Assembly (NCBI GenBank): GCA_038245295.1
Contig: JBBRSP010000005.1
Coordinates: 160,001 to 224,000 of the forward strand
Origin: Candidatus Binatia bacterium
GTDB lineage: Bacteria; Desulfobacterota; Binatia; HRBIN30
Length of the DNA stretch: 64,000 nt
Direction: 5' to 3'
The notes under the pieces are model-generated. The model was not told the origin of the DNA, made no database searches, and worked only from the letters and a program-made list of their open reading frames with translations. How positions within the stretch are numbered: position 1 is the first letter of the stretch; each line of letters opens with the position of its first letter. The position numbers and the translations under genes were made by a program. Of the stretch, positions 57,368-64,000 are shown one piece after another.

Positions 57368-58776
57368 GACGGTTGCCCTCCCGGCAACACTTGCTGCATC
57401 GCATCTCCGTGTTCGAGCGGCGCTCCTTTGCGATAGCGAAAGTCGTACGACACGTAGAACCCGACTCGCAGATCATCGGCGAAGCGCGCGTTGCGGTTGC
57501 CCTCGAGACTGATTTCAGCCAGCAGGCCGGGAGCGAGCTCGTACCCGAGGCCGACGCGGGTACCGACCGCCGTGGCGCTGCGGTTGGACCGTTTGCTGTA
57601 GGCCGCGATATCAACCTTGGTGCGCAGCACGATGCGTTCATAGACGAAGTTGTCGTAGAGGAACCGCCCGCCGTCGACGTGGCCGAGCGAGCCTTCGAGG
57701 GAATAGTATTCGACGCGCACGCGTTCGAGACCGTCGCCCCCGGGTAGCCATGTCACACCGACGTCGCCGAGATGACCGTTGACGAAGGATGCATCCTGGC
57801 GCTCGTAGCGTTGATACGAATAGTCGGCGTAGGCGGAAATCGTCGCGCTGAGCGCCTGCCGGAGGCCGCCGCGAAAGCGTAGCATCTGACTCAAGGAGAA
57901 TAGCTCGAAGATTGGATCTTCGCGGCGCGCCGGATCGGCGGTCAGACGCTCGCCCTGGTCTTGCGGCTTGTAATACGTAGTCTCGAAATTCGCCGACAGA
58001 CGCGCCTGGCGCAGGAACACCTGGGCGCCGAGATTGGCGAAATCGAAGTTCTGCGTCTTCGCATCGAGGGAGGCGGTACCGTAAAGCGACGGCGTGCCGA
58101 CAACGTGAGCCAGCACCTGATTGCCGGTCAGCGACAACAATTGACGCAGAGTTCTTTGATCGCGTTGGTGTTGCAGGAACCCAACACTGAAGGTGCCGTC
58201 GCGGAACGCTGTCGTGCGCATACTGGCGCCCACGATTTGTTCGTCTTGCGATACTTTCTCGGAGCCGTAGGTCGGCTCGTAGAATCGCGGCTGTCCGCCG
58301 AAAACGCTGAGCGCCACCGGCCACGAACCTGGAGAAAAACGCAGACGACCGGCATCGGCGACGAAGGCGCCGCCGGGAACCTCGCTGATGAATTGGCGCC
58401 CCAACTTGGCTTCGACACCGCTCACCGTGCCGCGGGCCGATGCTGCGTAAAGCTCGGTGGCGTCGTCATGGCCCGCGACGTCACGCTCCAACCGAAAGTA
58501 ACTGTCGATCTCAGAGCCGTGCAGGAAGCGGTCGACGCCGAGCTTGCCGTAAAGGTTCACCGGCGCCTCCGTCCGGTTCGATTGATCGCCTTCACGCACC
58601 TGCCCAAGCACGGCAAAGCTGCCGTTGACGTCCTGCGCCGCGACCATGGCGGCACAGCTCCCCAGGCAGAGCACGGCTATGCACCCGCGCAGCCGCCAGC
58701 GGCCGGCCTGTAGGCGCGCCGCGATCGCGCTGAACCAGGCCGGCGGTGGTCGCCGCATGGGTCGCGGCTGCAACAT
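57364..58776 (-). CDS. Putative outer-membrane beta-barrel (porin) of a porin-cytochrome complex
   Basis: Signal peptide, no CxxCH, alternating amphipathic strands, AKLGRQFI, near-terminal VGFYVSYDF; sits between cytochrome genes; TGATG coupling at 58776. Confidence 0.7.
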   Translation of the reverse strand: MLQPRPMRRPPPAWFSAIAARLQAGRWRLRGCIAVLCLGSCAAMVAAQDVNGSFAVLGQVREGDQSNRTEAPVNLYGKLGVDRFLHGSEIDSYFRLERDVAGHDDATELYAASARGTVSGVEAKLGRQFISEVPGGAFVADAGRLRFSPGSWPVALSVFGGQPRFYEPTYGSEKVSQDEQIVGASMRTTAFRDGTFSVGFLQHQRDQRTLRQLLSLTGNQVLAHVVGTPSLYGTASLDAKTQNFDFANLGAQVFLRQARLSANFETTYYKPQDQGERLTADPARREDPIFELFSLSQMLRFRGGLRQALSATISAYADYSYQRYERQDASFVNGHLGDVGVTWLPGGDGLERVRVEYYSLEGSLGHVDGGRFLYDNFVYERIVLRTKVDIAAYSKRSNRSATAVGTRVGLGYELAPGLLAEISLEGNRNARFADDLRVGFYVSYDFRYRKGAPLEHGDAMQQVLPGGQPS

Positions 58777-61127
58777 CAGCGGGCGTGGGCGGACGAAACC
58801 GGTTCGGCGCGACCTTCTTGGTGGCACACGAGGCACGCCTCGCCGCCATTCGATGCCGTCTGGGTGTCGGCGTGCGCCAGGGCCTCGTCGCTGTCGTGAC
58901 ACGACGTACAGGCCGAGGTGATTGGTCCGGTGTGCCCGATCTCCACCTCGTTCCCGGTTGCCGGGTCGAGATGCGTGCGCCGCGTTGCCAGGGATGGGCC
59001 CGGGAACGGCGGCAGTAGGTAAGACGTGCCGACGTGGCAGGTCGAACAGTTGCGACGATCGCCGACGTAACGAACCTCACCGAAGTTGTTTACGGTATAG
59101 TTCGCCGGAGCCGCGCCGAAGCCGTAGATGAGGTACGGTTGCTGATTCAAATCTTCCCCAGTGTGGATCTTGTGGATCAGCACCTTGAAGTCGATCGTCG
59201 CGGTCTCCGCCGCGGCCGCTACGGCAGCGGGGTCGCGCCGGCGTCGCGCCGAATCATTCTGCGTCGGGTTGTGACACAAGACGCAGTACTCGGTCTGATT
59301 GCGCAGATTGCCGTGGATGCTGAAGTCCTTCGAGAACTGGCCGTGGCACTTGCCGCACTTGGCATCGTCAACCACGCTACGCCGCACTTCGGCCGTCGAT
59401 CCATCGACGACGAACGTCACAACCGAGTTGGTCGCCGCCTCCTCGACGGTCTTGGGCGAAATGCCTTCCTCGACACTGAGGTTGACCGTGCGTCGCGCTT
59501 CGACCCCGAGTGCCCATGTGCCGGTGGCAGCGGCCGGGATGGCCGCCGCCGGAGTGTATGTGAAGATGCCGTCGCCATCTGGGCCGGCAAGCGTTCCCGT
59601 AGCCCCACCGCCGACGGCCGTGGCCAAGAGCAGGCGCGAATAATCGGACGTCGGACCCGCAATCGTGAAGGCCAGGCGATTGAGCCCGGCAAGGCTCGGT
59701 AGCGGGCTCCCCGCGTTGCCCGAAACCTTGAACGAGATGGTCGGCGTTTCCCCACGCGCGTGTGAAGCGAGCCCGAGCAACTCGATGTTGAGACCGGCGA
59801 GTTGCCGCGAGCGCTCTGGAATCGTGTGGGCTCCGGCGATCGAGACGTCGAACTCCTTGTCGGTCGCGTTGGTATGACAGAAGGCACAGTCGCCATCGGC
59901 GAAGCCGCGACTCTGGAAGTGATTCGTACCTGGCGGCCCGACGGTCGTTGTCGCGAGCGACGGGTTGACGTCATCGTGGCAGCTGACACAAGCGCCTACC
60001 GACGGCTGCTCGCGATACGCCGCGGCGGTCGGACCATCGGCGTGACAGACCTGGCAATCCAGCGTGGTGCGAGGGAATCCCACCCCGGTTACCGAACCGT
60101 CGGCCTTTTTTTCGGCGAAGATGGATTCACTGCGCCCGGTAATTGCGTACTTGGCGCCCGGGGCTCCGTTGACGATCGACGGCAGATCTTTGCCCTGGTG
60201 AATCTTGTGGATCATGTTGCGGAAATCGATGCTGACACCGTTCGGGTCTTGCGCCGCTTCATTGTGGCACAAGGAGCACAGGCGTACCTCGCGCCGGTTA
60301 CCGTGCAAGATCAACGGATCGTGACAGCTGTTGCACCGGGCCGTGGTGGTCGCCATGCGGACCTCGGCGACACCGCCATTCGGCACAAAATCGAAAATCG
60401 GATTGGCACTGAGTTGTTTACCCTCAAACGTGCGATCCACCTGCATCCCAACCGCGAAGGTCTGGCTGCGGCTCACCGCGGCAGGAATTGTCGCCTTGAA
60501 TACATAACGATAGATCCCGCTCGTTGCGTCGATGATCTCGATGGTGCCGCCGCTGTCATAACGCGGCCTCACGGCGTCCAGATCGTTGACGTAACGGGTG
60601 AATTGCTTGTTGAACTCGCCGCCACCCGAATAGTGTTCAAGATGAGCGATGGTCAGACGAACCCGTGCCTGTTGAGGGTTCTGTGCCGCGCTGAGCACGG
60701 CAGAGATCGGCTTGCCCTCGGCGTCCGTCAGCGAGAATATGACCCGCACTTCACCGGCGGCGGAAATTTCGGCGGTACTGATCGTACTCAGCAACCCGGC
60801 GCCGGCGGCGTCACCCGACGCCGGTGTCGTCGCCGTCGGTGCCACGGTTGGGCTGGCGGTCGGCGTCGGCCCACCCGGACAAACATCGAGAAGGTGATTG
60901 ACGGCCTGAATGACATCGCCGATTGTCGCGTTCAGGCCACCACAACTAGAACTCGGGGTGTTTCCGAGCGCGATGTTGACCAGCGTGACGACTTCCTCGA
61001 CCGTCACGGCTTGGTCCGCATTGCAGTCCCCCGTGCAGGAAGACTGGCCGCGACTCGTTGAGGTCAGGAGTAACAGGACAACCAGACTTGCCAAGCCGAC
61101 GGCTGGCACGTGTACTCGTGTTCTCAT
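58776..61127 (-). CDS. OmcA/MtrC family decaheme c-type cytochrome with N-terminal dockerin-like Cys module
   Basis: Ten CxxCH in two pentaheme blocks (CNSCH, CSLCH, CQVCH, CVSCH, CAFCH; CGKCH, CVLCH, CSTCH, CTSCH, CLVCH) alternating with beta domains; IDF..(M/L)IHKIH twice; ATG 61127. Confidence 0.9.
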   Translation of the reverse strand: MRTRVHVPAVGLASLVVLLLLTSTSRGQSSCTGDCNADQAVTVEEVVTLVNIALGNTPSSSCGGLNATIGDVIQAVNHLLDVCPGGPTPTASPTVAPTATTPASGDAAGAGLLSTISTAEISAAGEVRVIFSLTDAEGKPISAVLSAAQNPQQARVRLTIAHLEHYSGGGEFNKQFTRYVNDLDAVRPRYDSGGTIEIIDATSGIYRYVFKATIPAAVSRSQTFAVGMQVDRTFEGKQLSANPIFDFVPNGGVAEVRMATTTARCNSCHDPLILHGNRREVRLCSLCHNEAAQDPNGVSIDFRNMIHKIHQGKDLPSIVNGAPGAKYAITGRSESIFAEKKADGSVTGVGFPRTTLDCQVCHADGPTAAAYREQPSVGACVSCHDDVNPSLATTTVGPPGTNHFQSRGFADGDCAFCHTNATDKEFDVSIAGAHTIPERSRQLAGLNIELLGLASHARGETPTISFKVSGNAGSPLPSLAGLNRLAFTIAGPTSDYSRLLLATAVGGGATGTLAGPDGDGIFTYTPAAAIPAAATGTWALGVEARRTVNLSVEEGISPKTVEEAATNSVVTFVVDGSTAEVRRSVVDDAKCGKCHGQFSKDFSIHGNLRNQTEYCVLCHNPTQNDSARRRRDPAAVAAAAETATIDFKVLIHKIHTGEDLNQQPYLIYGFGAAPANYTVNNFGEVRYVGDRRNCSTCHVGTSYLLPPFPGPSLATRRTHLDPATGNEVEIGHTGPITSACTSCHDSDEALAHADTQTASNGGEACLVCHQEGRAEPVSSAHAR

Positions 61128-61448
61128 TTTGGCGCCCCATTTCCGCTCCGCCCACAACCAAGGCGGCTCGTTGCTATTACTGCTGCGGCATCTAGGCGAC
61201 GATGGCATGGCATCCCACTCGTCAAAGAGATCAACCGATGACGCGATGCTCCCACCGGCCGCCAATCCTGTCAATGGACCAAGATTGAGTTGGACCACAC
61301 GTGAGCAGTTGGGCGCGCCGAACAAGCGCGGGGGGTTGGGGCCGGCGGCGCACCCTGAGTCAGGGCCGCTTCGAGATCGCCGCGAGCATGCTGGCAATGA
61401 GACCCACGGTGGTTTCAATCGCGCTGGATCGTCACGCGCCGCGACGAT

Positions 61449-61530
61449 TTAGAACGTCAGCACTACGATGGACTGAGTAACGAGGAGACCCAACCGCAAC
61501 ATCTCTCGCTTCGTATCACTGACGTTCGAA
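61449..61530. repeat. Imperfect ~20-bp inverted repeat
   Basis: ttagaacgtcagcactacga ... tcgtatcactgacgttcgaa. Confidence 0.55.
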
Positions 61531-61550
61531 TTCGTCGCAGGACGCGCATT

Positions 61551-61636
61551 TTGACAGGATGGACAGGATTAACACGACAAGAATGTGTTCCCCCCTTCCA
61601 TCCTGTTTATCCTGTCCATCCTGTCGAATTCGTTCT
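61551..61636. repeat. GACAGGAT/ATCCTGTC nonamer REP-like palindrome
   Basis: gacaggatggacaggattaac ... ccatcctgtttatcctgtccatcctgtc; right arm matches 3779-3817. Confidence 0.8.
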
Positions 61637-61772
61637 GCGGGGGGTGGGGTTGGGTTGCGGGCGGAGCCTTGATCCGGGCTGCCCTTGGTCCATTGACATG
61701 ACTCCGACCGAGGCCCTTAGGTGAACTGTGAGCGGGGGTGCCGCCTCCGCCGCGGAAGGAAGGGCAGCTACC

Positions 61773-64000
61773 ATGAACGCCCAGCCAACATTCCCGGATG
61801 TCACGCATGTCGACGTTGCGCTTGATAATGTCCGACACCCTGCGGCCGGCCTTCATCCCAAAAACGCCGCCATGAAGGCACGACTGCTTGCGGCCGACCA
61901 TTGGCTGTGTATCGAGCGCGCCCGCTACGCCACCGAGGTCTATGGCGAAACCGAAGGCATGCACCCGTCTCTCCGCGCCGCTCTCTGCCTCGAGCGTGTG
62001 CTGGAGAAGATGACGGTGCGTATCGACCCCGAAGAACTCCTCGTCGGCAACCGCTCCTCGCGCCCCATCGCTCCCCCCATTGCGCCGGAACGCGGCGACT
62101 TCACCTTCGTCTTCCGTTACCTCTTCGAAGACCTTGAAGCCTTTGGCTACCGCATCGCCCCGCAAGACAAGGCGCGGCTCTTCGACGACATCATCCCGGC
62201 ATGGGAAGGCAAGACCGTGCGTGATGCGAAGGTCACCGCGTTCGAGGCGCATGGGCTGAGCAGCAAGCTCAACACTTCACCGCGCGAGCTCCTGCACAAG
62301 CTGCGCTGCTTCGGGCCGCACACACTCAGCAAGCTGCTGGCCCCGCGCAACGGCAGCCGGGGGAATCGGCTGGCACGGCTGCCGCGCCTCCTGCGCGCCA
62401 TACAGGCCGGCGCGAAGGACAACCTGAAGGGACGCGGGCGCTGCACCGACACGCAGGCGCACATCGTCCCAGGCCACAAGAACGTACTGGCTGTTGGCTT
62501 CTCTGGCATCCGCGACGCCGCGCACGCACGCCTCACCGCGGCGCCGTGCAGCGACTCGCAGCGTGCCTTTCTCGACGGTGTGGTACGCAGCTGCGAGGCG
62601 ATGCATGCCTTCTCGGGTCGCTTCGCAACCCTGGCGCGCGCCCAGGCGGAAGCGACAACCGACACGGCGCGGCGTTCGGAGTTGCTGGCCATCGCGGCCA
62701 GGTGCGAGCGTGTACCCTGGCTACCGCCACGGAGCTTTGTCGAGGCCGTGCAAGCACTCTGGTTCACCCAGAACGCCGCAATCATCAGCTACGGCGCCGG
62801 CAGCGGCATCACGCCCGGTCGTGTCGACCAGCTCCTCTTTCCATTCTTTGAGGCCGATCTCGCCAGCCGTGCCATCACTCGCGAACATGCATTGCGCGTG
62901 CTCGAGGAGCTCGTCATCAAACTCAACGACAACGTCGTCATCTGGCCCAACATCGGCGGCGTGGAACTCAACCATCTGGGGTCGGACGTCGAGAACATCA
63001 CGATCGGCGGCGTCGACGCGAAAGGCGACGACGCAACGAACGAGCTGTCGTGGCTCTTCATCGAAGCGATCGAGAACACCAACCTCGCGACAACGGCCTC
63101 GTTCCGCGTCTCACACCGGAGCCCGCCCGACTTCGTGCGGCGGGTCGTCGAGATGCATCGGAAGACCAATTCGCCGGCGTTCCTGAACGACGAGACGGCG
63201 ATCGCTGCCCTGGTGAACGACGGGTACTCGATCGAGGCGGCGCGCCAGTACTGCCTCGTGGGTTGCGTTGAGCCGAGCGGTAACGGCGACACCTTCGGCG
63301 CAACCGGCGGCACGAAAGTCTACTTCCCAACCGCGCTCGATCTCGTGTTCAATCGCGGCCGCACCTCGTTCTTCGGCAACCAGGATGGCCCGGACACCGG
63401 TGATCCGCTTGCCTTTCGCACCTTCGATGAGCTGCTCGCGGCGTTCTTCCGCCACCTCGAAGTAATGGTTGGACAAGTCACCGAAGCGACACGCCTGCGC
63501 GACCGCATCTGGGCGGAGCGCTTCCACAATCCGCTCATTTCCTGCACCATCGACGGTTGCATCGAGAAGGCGCAGGACATGACCGCCGGCGGCGCTCGCT
63601 ACACATTCGGCGCCGTCGGTGGCGGCGGCCTCGCGACAGCCGTGGACTCGCTGGCAACGGTCCGCGCCCTGGTGTTCGAACAGCGCAAGGTATCGATGAA
63701 GGAACTGTTACGGGGCCTCGCCACCAACTTTCGCGGCCGTGAAGCGCTGCGGCAGCAGCTGCTCAACGGCCCGCGCTTCGGCAATGATGATCGCCGGGTC
63801 GACGAGCTGGCGCGCCTGATCGTCGACCGCTTTTGCCAGATGGTGCGTGCCGAGCCCACGGCGATAGGCGGGCACTATAAGGCGAGCCTGATCTCCTATG
63901 GGCTCAACGTCTACGAGGGCGCGCTCGAGCCGGCGACACCCGATGGGCGCCAAGCTGGAGAGCCGCTGTCGAACAGCATGTCACCAAGCAATGGCGCCGA
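61773..64000 (+). CDS. Glycyl radical enzyme (PFL family), truncated by window end
   Basis: ORF absent from track because it has no stop in the window; CIERARY, IDPEELLVGN, GRVDQLL, NITIGG, YCLVGCVEP, RFGNDD, ATPDGR. Confidence 0.88.
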   Translation, partial: MNAQPTFPDVTHVDVALDNVRHPAAGLHPKNAAMKARLLAADHWLCIERARYATEVYGETEGMHPSLRAALCLERVLEKMTVRIDPEELLVGNRSSRPIAPPIAPERGDFTFVFRYLFEDLEAFGYRIAPQDKARLFDDIIPAWEGKTVRDAKVTAFEAHGLSSKLNTSPRELLHKLRCFGPHTLSKLLAPRNGSRGNRLARLPRLLRAIQAGAKDNLKGRGRCTDTQAHIVPGHKNVLAVGFSGIRDAAHARLTAAPCSDSQRAFLDGVVRSCEAMHAFSGRFATLARAQAEATTDTARRSELLAIAARCERVPWLPPRSFVEAVQALWFTQNAAIISYGAGSGITPGRVDQLLFPFFEADLASRAITREHALRVLEELVIKLNDNVVIWPNIGGVELNHLGSDVENITIGGVDAKGDDATNELSWLFIEAIENTNLATTASFRVSHRSPPDFVRRVVEMHRKTNSPAFLNDETAIAALVNDGYSIEAARQYCLVGCVEPSGNGDTFGATGGTKVYFPTALDLVFNRGRTSFFGNQDGPDTGDPLAFRTFDELLAAFFRHLEVMVGQVTEATRLRDRIWAERFHNPLISCTIDGCIEKAQDMTAGGARYTFGAVGGGGLATAVDSLATVRALVFEQRKVSMKELLRGLATNFRGREALRQQLLNGPRFGNDDRRVDELARLIVDRFCQMVRAEPTAIGGHYKASLISYGLNVYEGALEPATPDGRQAGEPLSNSMSPSNGA

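Larger units (their letters stand above)
61269..61698. repeat. Perfect 15-bp inverted repeat pair, each end providing an outward TTGACA
   Basis: TGTCAATGGACCAAG at 61269-61283 and CTTGGTCCATTGACA at 61684-61698. Confidence 0.75.

Noticed and set aside
57364..58776. Calling the barrel mtrB and neighbours mtrA
   Set aside because: Too short for MtrB, and no MtrA-type decaheme is present
1..64000. tRNA, rRNA, integrase, transposase or reverse transcriptase genes
   Set aside because: None recognised by eye or in the ORF track

Overview
This is a GC-rich bacterial window. The gene repertoire suggests Candidatus Binatia / Desulfobacterota_B or a related myxobacteria-like lineage (inferred from Cys-rich dockerin-like modules, DUF4215 repeats, F420 enzymes and a small 'LxLAVL...FSFExxC' paralog family). 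Bases 1-10 kb form an accessory/defence island. It holds a DUF2075 nuclease-helicase, several intact and decayed toxin-antitoxin pairs, a type I HsdM without visible partners, two SHOCT lipoproteins and a DUF4351/Rpn-like gene between 37-bp direct repeats, punctuated by a recurrent GGACATCCAC motif. Bases 10-39 kb are mostly metabolic: an F420 LLM oxidoreductase, glpD, an archaeal-type glmU-glmS-phosphomutase cluster, metY plus a metX-metW fusion, a BMP ABC transporter, coaE, HU, ino1 and npdG. Several large secreted proteins share modules I cannot assign: a ~190-aa domain in 5 copies, two kinds of C-terminal domain and a dockerin-like N-terminal module. One giant adhesin-like gene with 17 disintegrin-like repeats is broken by a frameshifting deletion. 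Two colinear 160-bp MITE copies and a candidate structured ncRNA lie near cysK-larE. The most striking locus is 54.7-61.1 kb, a translationally coupled six-gene operon with 35 CxxCH motifs. It encodes an OmcA/MtrC-type decaheme with a dockerin-like N-terminus, a putative beta-barrel and four further multiheme cytochromes, and is a candidate non-canonical extracellular electron-transfer conduit. It is divergent from a glycyl radical enzyme gene that runs off the right edge. No rRNA, tRNA or CRISPR array was seen.
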